From Mobula hypostoma (taxonomy: Eukaryota), in assembly GCF_963921235.1 (NCBI RefSeq), contig NC_086097.1:19346001-19410000 (forward strand): DNA of 64,000 bases, read 5' to 3'. Below the pieces are notes generated by a model. The model saw nothing but the letters and a program-made list of their open reading frames with translations, ran no database searches and was not told the origin of the DNA. The translations under genes and the position numbers were made by a program. Shown piece after piece: positions 24,802 to 38,405 of the stretch; the stretch's first letter is position 1, and each line of letters starts with the position of its first letter.

Positions 24802-27259
24802 ACCCTTTCCAGTCATTTGAGTGACTTCACAAGGATGTAATATTTCCTCTGATGTCCTTTTAACACAAATAGTCTAAAAGCATTTTTGGAGATATAGATT
24901 TTAGCTAGCTACCATTAATACTGTAAAGTTAACTTCTGAGTACATAACTCTTCCAACTATAAACACATCAATTATTGATATACTAAATGATATTATCCAT
25001 CTGTTCTACAAGCTACCTTGAACTAAGCAACTTAGGAATCAGCTTGTCTGTTTGAAACAACACATTGTCACATACTATACTCTTAAGCAATAATAAAGGA
25101 GATGCAGTGACTCTTTACAAACAGAGCATCTTCAAAATACAGAACCTGTCTGCAAAGTTGTTTTTTAACTTCAAGCTACTTTCCATTTCCATTTAAGAAC
25201 TAAAGATTGACTTCCATTTATAACCTGAAGTTAAACAAAGTAATATAGTTGGAAGTTTACTTGCAGCTGTTTATGACTTTTCAAATGGCAGCTGCTTTTT
25301 AGGAAGCAAGCTTAGGAAATCTGAGATAAAAGCAAATGTCTATCACACATGATCATAACAAGGTAAATTATGATGTCAGTAATCCATGTTATCGTGCTAG
25401 GGACCTATTTAATAGTCTTATAACAACAGAGTAGAAGATGTCCTTGAGTCTGATGATATGTGCTTTCAGGCTTTTGTATCTTCTGCCCAATGGAAGAAGA
25501 GAAAAAGTCTCCTGTAATGATAATCTTTACCTGTAAAAATTCTAGCCAACTCTTTAAAAAAACCATTATAGCTGTTCATCCTTCAGAGCATCAAAGAATG
25601 TGTTTAGTGAGCATCTATTATTTGTAAATGCATTTATGCATGTGACTCTGCCTTATCGGACTTGCAAAGTGTACTCCCTTGTCCTGCAGAAGAATTGTTC
25701 TTCTGTCAAGGAGTGTTTGCTCTGAGCATAAGCTCTAGAGATCCAAACAGCCTGATCTCACTGCACAGCTCATCTCAGGGGCTTGTTAACATCCACTCTT
25801 CAAATATTTAATAGGCAGATAGGTTCTGAAATTTCAATTATTATCTAATAGTTAGAAGCAATAACAACCCAACCTTCAGTGTTTACTTAAAGCATTTATT
25901 TTTATTTAAGAAGACACAAGAGACTGAAGATGTTGGAATCCGGAGTGAAAAGCAAACTCTGGAGGGACTCGGTGAGTCATGCAGCATTTATGTAGGCAAA
26001 GGTATGGCTGACATTTCAGCATCAAGACTGAGAGGAGTGTGGATGGGACAGAGGCAGTATGGAGAGGCGAGGAGGGAGGGGCAAGGCTGGAGCTGCCAGA
26101 TAACAAGGAAGTGATGGGACAATAAGGCAGAGGCATGGGTGAAGACACGAGACAATAGATGATAAAGGTGAAAAAGAAAAGGTGGGGGGAGGAAGTAGGT
26201 GGAGCCCATGAGGGACGGGAGAAGGAGGAGGTTGACAGAGGCAAAAAAGTGATAAGTGGTGACACAAGAGGAGGCAGATGCAGAATCTGATTTGGAAAGA
26301 AGGTGATAAGTGGATCCACATAAGGGAGAGGTAATGAATAGACAAGGTAGTACTGTTTAGAATCAAAAATCCGGATTCTTATCATTAACATAGGTCATGA
26401 AATCTGTTGTTTTGTGGCTGCCAGACAATGCAAGACATAAAAAATTTATTATAAGTTAAAACTAAAAGTAAGTAAAGTAAAATGTGAACAGTGCAAAAGA
26501 GGAATAGTGAGGTAGAGTTCATGGGTTGGTGGAGCAGAGGGAAAGAAACTGTTCCTAAACATTGAGTGTGGGTCTTCAGGCTCCTGAACCCTCTTCCTGA
26601 ATGGCAGTAATGTGAAGCGGGCATGTCCCAGCTGGTGATATTCGTTAACGATGGATGCCTTGTTCTTGAGGCACCGCCTATTGAAGATGTCCTCGATGGT
26701 GGGCAGAGTTGTACCTGTGTTAGTGCTGGCTGTGTCCATCACACTCTGCAGACTCTTTTGATCCTGTGCATTGGAGCCTTCATACCAGCAGGAAGGCAAT
26801 CAGTCAGAATGCATGCTACAATCCATCCGTAAAAGTCTGGTGTAGCCATAGAGCCATAGCACAAAACAGGCCCTACAGCCCATCTAGTCTATGCCAATCT
26901 GTGCTGAAGTCTGCTGGATTTACTGCTATATTACAGACATTAGACAGGAACTATCAGACACTTCCTCATACCTTTCTGACTAGGATTCCATCCACAGACA
27001 TCAGACCACTGTCTCTTAACACCAACACAGATCTCATCACATCTGGAGGTATCCCCTCCACAGTCTCCAACCCATGAGTACCTGAACCTTGTACGTCCAT
27101 CTCTTACCTTAATCCACAAACAGTGCTGTCTTGATAGGTCCATTGTTTCTGTCTACACTTGGCCTACCAAACTTACCACCTCATGCCCCAACTCTATGCT
27201 ATCTCTCCTTTCCCAGTCCCTTCATACCTACTTCCTGAACTACTGTATATCTCATATTA

Positions 27260-29035
27260 GAAACATAGAAACAAAGAAAACCTACAGCACAATGCAGGCC
27301 CTTTGGCCCACAACGCTGTGCCAAACATGTCCTTACCTTACAAATTACCTCGGGTTACCCATAGCCCTCCATTTTTCTAAGCTCCATGTACCTGTCCAGG
27401 AGTCTTTTAAAGGACCCTGTCGTATCTGCCTCCACCACCGTTGCCAGCAGCCTATTCCACACACTCTCTGCGTAAAAAACTTACCCCTGATATCTCCTCT
27501 GTACCTACTTCCAAGCACCTTAGAACTGTGTCCTCTTGTGTTAGCCATTTCAGCCCTGGGAAAAAGCCTCTGACTATCCACATGATCAATTGCGCTCATC
27601 ATAATATACAGCTCTGTCAGGTCACCTGTCATAGTCCGTCGCTCCAAGTGAAAGAGGGAGAGGGAGATGGTGATGCAATGTAGCTCACAGCGGCCACTCC
27701 GGTGGTGATGTCTGTTATTTGTCAAGTAGGGTGCCGTGCACAATCCTGATTTGATGGAGACGGACGTGAGAGCACAGAGGAACATCTGGTGAAACTTCTG
27801 AAATGTCCGCTTCGCTGCTGCTGCTACTGTGTGGTCCAGAATCTCCGGAGGAGAAGGCCCCGAGTCCTCGGCTTTGTTTGTTGCTCGGCGGCCGGGGCAG
27901 GGTCAAAGTGCTTGGCAGAGAATGGTGCTCGGAGAGCTGTGTCGGAGGGGCCAGTCGGAGGCTTGAAGTTTTCGGACGGACTCAGAGTCTGCTGTGGTCA
28001 GGTGCTTCCAATGGTGCTGCATTGGCCAGTTGGCAGCGCTTGAAGGTTCATGGCAGGGAGAGTTTCTCCCTTCTGCCGCCAGTGTAGGATGATGAGTCTA
28101 TCGGGACTTTGAGACTCTTTTTTTACCGTGCCCATGGTCTGCTCTTTATCAGATTATGGTATTGCTTTGCACTGTTGTAACTATATGTTATAATTATGTG
28201 GTTTTGTCAGTTTTAGTCTTGGTTTGTCCTGTGTTTTCTTGTGATATTATTCTGGAGGAACGTTGTATCATTTCTTAATGCATGCATTTCTAAATGACAA
28301 TAAACTGAAAACTGAACTGAACTGAACTGAAAAGGCCAAGTTCACTCAACCTATTCTCATAAGGCATGCTCCCCAATCCAGGCAACATCCTTGTAAGTCT
28401 CCTCTGCACCCTTTCTGTGGTTTCCACATCCTTCCTGTAGTGAGGCGACTAGAAATGAGCACAGTACTCCAAGTGGAGTCTGACCAAGGTTCTATATAGC
28501 TGCAACATTACCTCTTGGCTCCTAAGTTCAATCCCACGATTGATGAAGGCCAGTGCACCATATGCCTTCTTAACCACAGAGTCAACCTGCGCAGCAGCTT
28601 TGAGTGTCCTATGAACTTGGACCCCAAGATCCCTCTGATCCTCCACACTGCCAAGAGTCTTACCATTGATACTATATTCCGCCATCATATTTGACCTACC
28701 AAAATGAACCACTTCAGACTAAACTGGGTTGAACTCCATCTGACACTTCTCAGCCCAGCTGTGCATCCTATCAATATCCCGCTGTAACCTCTAACAGCCC
28801 TCCACACTATCCACAACACCCCAAATTTTGTGTCATCAGCAAATTTGCTAACCCATCCCTCCATCCTCATCCAGGTCATTTATAAAAATCACAAAGAGTA
28901 GGGGTCCCAGAACAGATCACTGAGGCACACCACTGGTCACTGACTTCCAAGCAGAACATGACCCGTCTACAACCACTCTTTGCCTTCTGTGGGCAAACCA
29001 GTTCTGGATCCACAAAGCAATGTCCCCTTGGATTG
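27260..29035 (-). mobile_element. CR1-clade LINE 3' part, split by an insertion at 27655-28330
   Basis: ORFs 28685..28879 (SKFADDTK), 28449..28712 (LVRLHLEYC) and 27345..27785 (RLFPRAEMANTRGH); tail near 27260. Confidence 0.9.
27655..28330 (+). mobile_element. Non-coding SINE-like retroposon with GC-rich body and (ACTGA)n tail
   Basis: Interrupts a CR1 copy and ends TAAATGACAATAAA-CTGAAAACTGAACTGAACTGAACTGA. A 5'-truncated homologue lies at about 39255-39600. Confidence 0.65.
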
Positions 29036-30934
29036 CCAAAGCTTCATCATCACTGGGCCTAAATCCTACAACTCCCTTTCCAATACCAATAAGGGACTAT
29101 ATTCACTAGGGTCGCAACAGTTCAAGTAGGCACCTCACCATTGTCTTTACAGGGGCCATTAGCAATGATGGATGAAATCTGGCCTTGCAACCAACACCAC
29201 CTCCCAAATAAAATTGCTAAATGAAAGCACAGAAAGAGACTATTCAGCTTATTGCTCCTGTACGTGCACTAACCCTTCAACTAGAGGAGTCTATTTCAAT
29301 CTCAAACTGTTTGCCTTCCCTCAAATCATTGCCTTATTTTTCTCATTCAATAGCTATCAGATTCCCTTTTAAATGCTGTTAGCATGTCTGGTTCCAAAGC
29401 TAGTGCAGTTAAACTTCTCCAGTTCTATTAACAATTCATCGACCAATGGAGACCCCACAGAGTTTCCTAACCTCAGATCCACAGACCCTTTGCTTAATGA
29501 CATTGGTCCATGGCATAAAAAATTTGCAAACCCCTGCTCTATCACATTTTAGCCTATCATCGTCTTTGTAATTTTTGAAATATCCCAAGTCAGCAACTGT
29601 TTCACTCTCTACAGCTGCTTCCAAATCTGCTGAGTATTTCCATAATTTTTTTCTGTCTTTATTTTACAGAAAATGCAATAGTTTACTTTTGACCCAGAGA
29701 TCTGGCTTATGCAACATAGGTCACAGCCCCTCCATAGAAAATGGGATTCAATTTTTAAAAATCTACTACACTATATCCACCTCATATCCTTTAGTAGTTA
29801 TCTGCTACATTCACTTGGATGGACCTCTGCATGATTCATATCGCACATGAACCTAGCTTCTTCACCAGCCTCGGATGTCATCCACTTCCTCGAGCCAACA
29901 ACACCCACGTCCTAGTAATGACTAAAAACAAGTCCACATCTATTTCCTTGGTCATGTGCCAGCATGTTTTCTGAACCCCTTTTGACCTTTTTGCTCAATA
30001 GTAGTCATAGAGATAAAGAGCAAATAAAAAGGTCCTTCAACCCACCATGCCTATGCTGACCTTTTGGCCACATTTGCCCACATTATCACCATATCTCTCT
30101 CTCTGCCTTGTCTAATTAAGTGTAAATGACCCTTAAATATAGTGATTGTACCTGATTCCACCACCTCCGCTGGCAGTGTATCCAAAATATCAACCACTTG
30201 CTGTACAATAAATTCTCCCTTGCAGTCTCCTTCATCTCAGTTTAAACATTTACCTTCTTGGTTTTTTATATCCTCCTACCATGGTAAAATATTTTGACTA
30301 TCTACATCTTGTATAATTTTATATACCTCTGTCAGGTCAGACCTCTGCCTCCTAACTAGATTTCCCCAAAACAGTCTTCATACTGATAAATATCCTCTGC
30401 ACTCTCTCCAGCTTAAATCACTTCCTTCTTATAGTGTGGCCATCAGTATAGTACACAATGTTCCAAGTGTGACTTACCTGGTGCTTTGTAAAGTCCCAAC
30501 TCGTATATTTTATGTCCTAACCGATGAAGGCAAGCAAGTCATGTTGCTTCTCCATCATCCTATCTACCGGTGGTTCCACTTTCAGGGAACTATGGACCTC
30601 TCTAGGTCGATCTACTCATCAGCATTCCTTAGTGACTTACCACTTAGTATATATGTTCTACTTTTATTTAAAATGAGTCACCAAGGATTTATTGTGGCCC
30701 CCAACCATGCAACAATCAGATCCCAACCCCCACTGGATTAACAAGCATCTATCTACCACTTAATGGCCAAGGACTTTTCCTCTCCTGGTTCCCCACTGAC
30801 AGCCTATTAATCCGGGCAATCAAATTGCAGACATAATCAGGAAAATTAATCAACGTTATCACCAGGGAAGGAGGTACTTGACCTTTGTTAATGACTTTGA
30901 GTTTGTTTACCAGTTGCAAATGAAACCTCAGGGA

Positions 30935-31216
30935 GCCGGGATGTGTCATTTGAGCGTGCACGGAGGCAATGGCAGTGTGAAAATGCGGCACCTCGTGGAG
31001 ACGCAGCGCGCGGGATGGTGCTGAGAGTGTACCGGCAGCACAGAGACGGTCCGTCATGAGGAGCAGGGCACCTTACAAACCACTCGCCTGCCTTTGTTGG
31101 CACCTCCTGCCCTGCCTGTGGAAGAGACTATGGTCCCCAGGTCAGACTTATCAGCCTGCTTAAAACCAGAGTGGAAGGGAATCATTCTCACTCCTGAGGG
31201 GCTGCCTAAGAAGAAG
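30935..31216 (+). mobile_element. RTE-clade LINE 3' end (degenerate)
   Basis: CPACGRDYGPQVRLISLL zinc-finger-like C-terminus, then the RTE-type 3' UTR (GAGGGGCTGCCT) and an (AAG)n tail. Confidence 0.55.
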
Positions 31217-31854
31217 ACATCCACCCAAACCAAGGAACCCAGTGTGATGCAGGGTGGATCGCAGGGAGAGCAGGCATGTCATTAAATACACTAACTTCTA
31301 CAAGTGCACTATTGAATGTATCCTGACTGGTTGCATCATGGTCTGGTATGGAAATTCCAACTCACAGGGACGCAAGAGACTGCAAAGAGTAGAGGACACA
31401 GCCCGGTCCAACAGATACACTGATCGTCCCACCACTGACGGCATCTGCAGGAGGCACTGCCTGAAGAAGGCAGCATCTATCATCCAGGATCCCCTCCGTC
31501 CAGGTCATTCTCTCTTCTCTTTGGAAGTACAGAACCCTTAAGTCATATTCTACCAGCTCTAGGAACAGCTATTTTCCTACAACAATCAGTCTCTTGAACC
31601 AACCTGCACAACTCTAACAATGGGCCACTACCCTTTATCCTCTTGAAACACTAAAGCTTCTAGGAACACCACAGACCACCTCCTGTACTACAATGGACCT
31701 ATCTTCAACGGTGGTTTCTTTTTTGCACCAAAGTCTTGCTTGTGCACGGTCATTTTTTTCTTGTCACTACATAATTTTATGTACAATGTATATTCTGTGT
31801 TGTCTATAGCTACATGCCAGTGATGTTGCTGTAAGTGGGACTTCTCATTGTCTG

Positions 31855-32115
31855 GTAGTGGCACAGTAGTGTAACGGTTAGCACAACGCTTTGCAATGCC
31901 AGAGACCCAGTTTCATTTCCTGCCGCTGTCTGTAGGGAGTTTGCGTGTTCTCCCAGTGACCACATGGGTTTTCTCACACAGTCCAAAGACATAATGGTTG
32001 GCAGGTTAATTGGTCATTGTAAATTGCCCCAGGATTAGGCTGGGGTTAAACTGGGGGTTGCTGTGCAGTGTGGCATGAGGAGCCAAGAGGGCCTATTCCG
32101 CACTGTATCTCAATA
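31855..32115 (+). mobile_element. tRNA-derived SINE; related copies at about 7980-8130 (-), 52867-53060 (+), 55000-55270 (-), 63820-63895 (+)
   Basis: A-box-like TAGTGTAACGGTTAGC, B-box-like GTTTCATTTCC and the shared core GTCTGTA.GGAGTTTG..GTTCTCCC. Confidence 0.6.
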
Positions 32116-33725
32116 AAACAAAATATATTTACCTCACTGTACTTGTGTGCACTGCAATAAACTTGACCTGACTTAAAGAAGGAACATAAGGGAAGGAGTT
32201 GAGTCCAAGGTTGGGGAGAAGAGTAGACAGTGAGAGGGGAAAAGTTAGCATTGTGGCTGCCTGATCATCAGACAACTTGTCGACAGTTAAAAGATTCACT
32301 GCTGAATCCTTCCATCCTCTGGCACGACTGAGGAGTGGTTATCACTATCTTCTCTAGGCTCAAGGCCCCAACCTCACTCAGCCTCCTTCAGAATCAGAAT
32401 GAGGCTTATTATATGTTGAGAAATTTGTTGTGTTGCAAGACATAAAAGTTACTGCAGGTTACAAAAATAAAGAGCACAAATGTCGAATAACAAAGGTTTA
32501 TGGGTTCATGATGGTGGAGGGAAAGAAGCTGTTCCTAAAACATTGAGTGTGTGTCTTCAGGCTCCTGTATCTCTTCCTCGATGGTAGTAATGAGAAGAGG
32601 GCATATCCTGGAGCATGATGGTCCTTCATGATAGATGCCACTTTTTTGAGGTAGTGCTTTTTGAGGATGTCCTTGGTTCTGATGTAGGGCTCTGGCTATG
32701 ATGGAACTGATTGAGACTACAACCCTCCGTACCAGGTTGTGATGCTACCAGTCAGAGTGCTCCCCACAGTAAATCGTTACAAATTTGCTGGTGTTTGGTA
32801 CTATACTAAATCTCCACAAACTCCTCATGAATTGACATTCCTTCTTCATCAATACATTAATGATTTGGGCTCAAGATAGTTCATCTGAAATATTGATGCC
32901 CAGCATCTTGAAGCTGCTCAGTCCTTCTGCCACTGAACCCTCAAAGTGTGTGTTTCCCCGACTCCCCCCGGCTCCAGTTTTGTAGGATGCTGAGATGCAT
33001 GATGAGGCCATCGTCAGATCCACATGGGTGACTGATGGACAGGTAGTTGGGTGGTTTGTGTGGTCTTGCACTCCTGCCATTTACAGGGCACTTCGTTGTG
33101 CCTCTGACACCGCTTTGGCTCTCAACACCAAACTGAATCATCCTTCTCCACCTCAGGAAGTCAAAGGACAGGGAGATCCAGGATTTTCAGCATGGTCTAG
33201 AAGGGCCGAGACGGCCTGTTTCCGTGCTATAATTGTTATATGGTTAATTGTTATATGTTGCACCTTTCCAAGGATAGGCTGAGCACGTCCATAAGCCCTT
33301 TCCTCTGTGGACCTCATAATCTCTTCCCATGACAGAGCTCCATATACAGTGTATGGGCAGGAGTCTGGCACTGGGATAGAAGCAAAATGGTCAGTGCTAC
33401 AGTGCCTACTGAGTGTAACATGGGCCTCGCTTCTGGGACATTAAACAGGGAGGGATTACTGACATATCTTCGCTTATGCTCCAGCGGATATGAAGGATTT
33501 CGCAGAGGCAACATTTGTGGCATATCACCAGTGCCTTGTGAAGCCTACAGCAGGCCTGTGAAGCTTATGAGATGGTACAGACCACTGCTGCCTGCTAGAT
33601 CATGTGTTTTATGCCAAGACTGAGATCTTGATAGTGAAATATCCTTTTCCTCCAGCCATGCCGGTGCTCTGAAAGTGGAGGTGAATCTCATTGCTGAAGT
33701 CTGCCTTTGTTGAGTGCTGACTCAC

Positions 33726-33777
33726 GAGGAATGGGCAGCGGTCCACATTCCCCAGGGCTCACCATCAACCTTTATTA
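33726..33777 (-). other. Candidate 52-nt exon (or 15-nt microexon 33763-33777)
   Basis: Minus strand GATTGTTCTTCAG|TAATAAAGGTTGATG(GTGAGC)...CATTCCTC|GTGAGT; only phase 1 is open (xIKVDGEPWGMWTAAHS). Confidence 0.25.
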
Positions 33778-33834
33778 CTGAAGAACAATCGTGTGCAGCA
33801 ACGACGCAAGAACACGAGCACAGTAACAACTCAA

Positions 33835-34490
33835 AGCACAAGGAAGTCTGCTGATGCTGGAAGTCCAAAGCAAACACACAAAATGCCGGTGGAAATCAGC
33901 AGGTCAGGCAGCATCTAGGGAAATGAGTGAACAGTCAACATTTCCAGCTGAGACTCTTCTTCAGGACTGGAAAGGAAGGGGGAAGATTCCAGAACAAAAA
34001 GGTGGAGGGGGGAAGGGAAGGAAGATAGCTGGAAGGTGATAAGTGAAGCCAGATGGGTAGGAAAGATAAAAGGCTACAGAGGAAGTTACCTGATGGGAGA
34101 GGAGAGTGACCCATGGGAGAAAGGGAAAGAGAAGGGGACCCAGGGGAGGTGATAGGCAGGTGAGAAGAGGTAAAAGGGTAGAATGTGGAATAGAAAGGGG
34201 AGGAGGGAAAAATCTTTTTACCAGAAAGAGAAATCAATATTAATGCCATCAGGTTGGAAGCAGCCCAAATGGAATATAAAGTGTTGCTCCTCCACCCTGA
34301 GGGTGGCCTCATCATGGCACAAGAGGAGGACATGGATCGGCATGTTGGAACGGGAATGGGAAATGGAATTAAACTGTTTGGCCACTGTGAAGCTCCACTA
34401 TTGGCAGATGGCGCGGAGGTGCTCGACGAAGCGGACCCCCAAATTACAACGGGTTTCACCAATGCAGAGGATGCACTTCAGGAGCACAGA
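33835..34490 (-). mobile_element. PLE 3' part: degenerate GIY-YIG C-terminus plus terminal repeat with a hammerhead at 33932-33969
   Basis: Homologous to 58700-59400 (CHDEATLRVEEQHFIFHLGCFQPDGINIDFS on the minus strand). A further fragment lies at about 4290-4595. Confidence 0.8.
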
Positions 34491-35019
34491 AGGCCAACAC
34501 CGTTTAATGTGATCATGGCTGATCTAGAATGGTATCTGTGCCCACTCTCTGCCATTTCTGCACACTCCTCGATTCCATTGTGGACAGGTTGTGTTGGCAC
34601 CAGAATGTGTAGCAACACTTGTGGGCTGCCCCGAGCACTTCCCTAAGTTGCATTGGTTGTTAACACAAATGACAGATGTACATCTGATAAATAAATCAGA
34701 ATCTGAATTAATCTACATATTTATCCACCTCCACTTTAAGTACTTCTAATAATCCAGCTTAACCACAGCAGGGAGTTCCAGAAATTCACCACCCTTTACA
34801 AGAAGAAATTTCTACATACCTGTTTTAAGTGACTAGCATCTTATCTTGGAGTTACACTGCTCTACACAAGACTTTCTCACTAGTAACAGCATCCCTGTAA
34901 ACACACACAAAATGCTGCAGGAACTGAGCAGGTCAGCCGGCATCCATGGAGGGGAATAAACTGTCAACGTTTCTGATCAATACTCTTCATGAGAACTGAA
35001 CAAGTTGTTCAGCCTCTCA

Positions 35020-36260
35020 GAATCAGGTTTAATATCATTGGCTTCAGTCGGGAAATCTGTTCTTTCGTCACAGCAGTACATTTCAATACATAATAACTTT
35101 AAAATTATAAATTACAATAAGAAATATATTTTAAGAATTAAATAAATAGTGCAAAACGAGAGCAAATAAAGAAAAAAATGAAATAGTGTTCAAGTGTTCA
35201 TTGTCCATTCAGAAATTTGATGGCAGAGGGGAAGAAGCTTCAGGCTTCTGTACCTCCTCCTTGATGGTAGCAATGAGAAGAGGGCATGTCCTGGGTGATG
35301 TGGGTCCTTAAAGATGGATGCTGCCTTTTTGAGCCATCGCCTTTTGAAGATGTCCTTGATGCAGGGGAAACTAGTGGCCATGATGGAACTGGCTGAGTTC
35401 ACAACTCTCTGCAGCTTTTTACGATCCTGTGCAGTGGCCCCATCATACCAGGCAGTGATCCAACCAGTTAGAATGCTCTCCACGTTACATTGGTTGAGAT
35501 TTGCAGGAGTCTATGGTGTTATACCAAGTCTCCACAGATTCCTTTGTTATTGCATCAATATTTTGGGCCCAGAGATAGATCTTCAGAGATGTTGATGTCC
35601 AAGAACTTGAAACTGCTCACCCTTTCCACTGCTGACCCCTTGATGAATATTGGTGTGTGTTCCCACAACTTCCCCTTCTTGAAGTCCACAATTAATTCCT
35701 TGATCTTACTGACATTGAGTGCAAGGTTACAGCTGCAACAGCACTCAACCAGCTGATCTATCTCACTCCTGTATGGCTCCTCCTCACCATCTGAAATTCT
35801 GCCAACAATAGTTGTGTCATCGCCAAATTTATAGATGGTGTTTGAGCTGTGCCTAGCTACACAGCTGTTGGTGTAGAGAGAGTAGAGCAGTGGGCTAAGC
35901 ATGTATCTTTGAGATGCACCAGTGTGGATGGCCAGTCAGCAAGGAAGAGATGTTATTTCTGATTTTCATTGACTCTGGTCTCCCAATGAGGAATTCAAGG
36001 ATCCAGTTTCAGGTGGATGGCGGGGGGGAGAGGTACAAAGACCCATGTTGATTAATACTGAGGTGTGAACCACCGAATTATAATCAATAAATAGATGTAT
36101 TGCTATTGTCCAGGTAATCCAAAGCCAGTTAGACTACATCTGCTGTAGACCTGTTGTGGTGATAGGCAAATTGCAGTGGCTCCAGGTCCTTGCTTAGGCA
36201 GGAGTTGATTCTGGTTATAACCAACCTCTCAAAGTACTTCATCACAATCAATGTGAGTCC
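35020..36260 (-). mobile_element. Rex1/Babar-like LINE fragment
   Basis: ORFs 35555..35902 ([10 protein letters not shown]...KFGDDTTIVG) and 35190..35483 (ESILTGWITAWY). Confidence 0.85.
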
Positions 36261-38405
36261 AACTGCTCTGAATTGGTGGACTGGGCTGTATACAGGGATT
36301 CATCTTCAAATCTGGATGAGTATGCCACAATTGTTACTGTTTTCATTAGAACCTGTGTGGATGAGTGTGTGCCTACGAAAACTTGCTGTACATCCCCAAA
36401 CCAAAAGCCGTGGATGAACCAGGAGGTTCATCATCTGCTGATGGCTAGATCTGCAGCATTTAAGTCTGATGACCCAGGTCCATACAAGAAAACCAGGTAT
36501 GATTGCAGAAGGGTCTCAGCCCGAAATGTCAGCTGTACTCTTTTCCACAGATGCTGCCTGGCCTGCTGAGTTCCTTCCGCATTTTGTGTGTGTTGCCTGG
36601 ATTTCCAGCATCTGCAGATTTTCTCTTGCTTGTAATTTGTGGAGGGCTATTTCAAGAGCGAAGAAACAATTCCAAGTGAGGTTGGAAGCGATGTCAGATG
36701 TACATCAATTCTGATGGGATTTGCAGAATATTACTTCCTACAAAGTGAAACCCAAAAGCATAAATGGCAGCAATGCTTCACTACCAGATGAACTCAACAC
36801 CTTCTATGCCCGCTTTGAAAGGGAGAATACAACCACAGCTGAGAAGATCCCTGTTGCACTGGTGACCCTGTGATCTCTGTCCCGGAGGTTGATGTCAGGT
36901 TGTCTTTCAGGAGGGTGAACCCTGACGAGGCAGCAGACCCCAATAGAGTAGCTGGTAAGGCTCTGAAAACTTGTGCTAACCAACTGGAGGAAGCATTCAA
37001 TGACATTTTCAACATTTCTATGGTCAGAATTTCCCACCTGCTTCAAAAGGGCAACAATTATACCAGTGCCCAAGTAGAGTAGAGTCAGCTGCTATTGTCC
37101 AGTAGCACCAAATGTACAGTGATGAACTGGTTTGAGATGTTGGTCATGGCTCAAATCAACTCCTGACCCATTGAAATTTGCCTATCACCACAATAGATCT
37201 ACAGCAGATGCAACCTCAATGGCTCTTCACATGGCCTTAGACCACCTGGACAACACAAAACCCTATGTCAGGATGCTGTACATTGACTATAGCTCAGCAT
37301 TTAACACGATCATTCCCACAACCCTGATCGATAAGCTACACAACCTGGGCCTCTGAACCTCCCTCTGCAATTGGATCCTCCACTTCCCAACTAGAAGGCC
37401 ACAATCTGTGCAGATTGGTAATAATATCTCCTCCTCACTGACGATCAACACCGGCGCACCTCAGGGATGTGTGCTTAGCTCACGGCTCTATTCACTGTAT
37501 ACTTATGACTGCTAGGTATAGCTCAAAGGTCATCTATGAATTTGCTGATGATACAACCAGATGGAGATGAGACGGCATATACCAGCTAGTTGAGTGGTGT
37601 CACAGCAATAACCTGGCACTCAACGTCAGTAAGACCAAAGAGCTGATTGTGGACTTCAGGAAGGGTAAGATGAGGGAACATGAACCAACCCTCATAGAGG
37701 GATCAGAAGCAGAGAGAGTGAGCAATTTCAAGTTCCTGGGTGTCAAGATCTCTGAGGATCTAGCCTGGTCCCAATATATCAATGCAGCTATAAAGAAGGC
37801 AAGACAACGGCTATTTTTCATTAGGGGTTTGAGGAGATTTGGTTTGTCAACTAAAACACTCAAAAACTTCTGTAGCTGTACCATAGAGAGCATTCTGACA
37901 GGCTGCATCACTGTTTGGTATTGGGGGGTGAGGGTCTACTGCACAGGACTGAAAGAAGCTACAGAAAGTCATAAAATTATTCATCTCCATCTTAAGTACT
38001 AGACTCTGTAGTATCCAAGACAACTTCAAGGAGCAGTGCCTCGGAAATGTGGTATCCATCATTAAGGCTGACCCATCACTCAGGATGTGTCCTCTTCTCA
38101 TTGCTACCATCAGGTAGGAGATACAGGAGCCTGAAGGCACACACTCAGCAATTCAGGAGCAGCTTCTTCCCCTCTGCCATCCGATTTCTAAATGGACGTT
38201 GAACCGATGAACACTACCTCACTTTTTTTATGTTTTCTGTTTTTGCACTATTTTTAATTTAACTATTTAATATACATATATTTACCTACTGTAATTAATT
38301 TACTTATTTATATTTTTTCCATACTATCATGTATTGCAATGTACTGCTGTTGCAAAGTTAACAAATTCCATGACATATGCCGATGATATTAAACCTGATT
38401 CTGAT
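36261..38405 (+). mobile_element. Rex1/Babar-like LINE, about 2.1 kb, with a PLE tail inserted at about 36500-36632
   Basis: ORFs 36273..36569 (NQKPWMNQEV), 36870..37082, 37132..37356 ([12 protein letters not shown]...[13 protein letters not shown]) and 37649..38002; tail ATTAAACCTGATTCTGAT. Confidence 0.9.

Larger units (their letters stand above)
20552..25347. mobile_element. Solo-LTR-like element (about 1.15 kb net) hosting three later insertions
   Basis: Termini TGTGATGG...CTATCACA (TG..CA, 8-bp imperfect IR); 4-bp TSD CAAG (20548-20551) / CATG (25348-25351). The flanking repeat reads through across the site (AATAAGGTGCAAG|ATCATAACAAGGTA...), compare the uninterrupted copy near 4195-4280. 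Confidence 0.6.

Noticed and set aside
33726..33777. Diacylglycerol kinase exon (VDGEPW motif)
   Set aside because: Only six residues match, the flanks differ from PMQVDGEPW, and no other DGK exons are visible.
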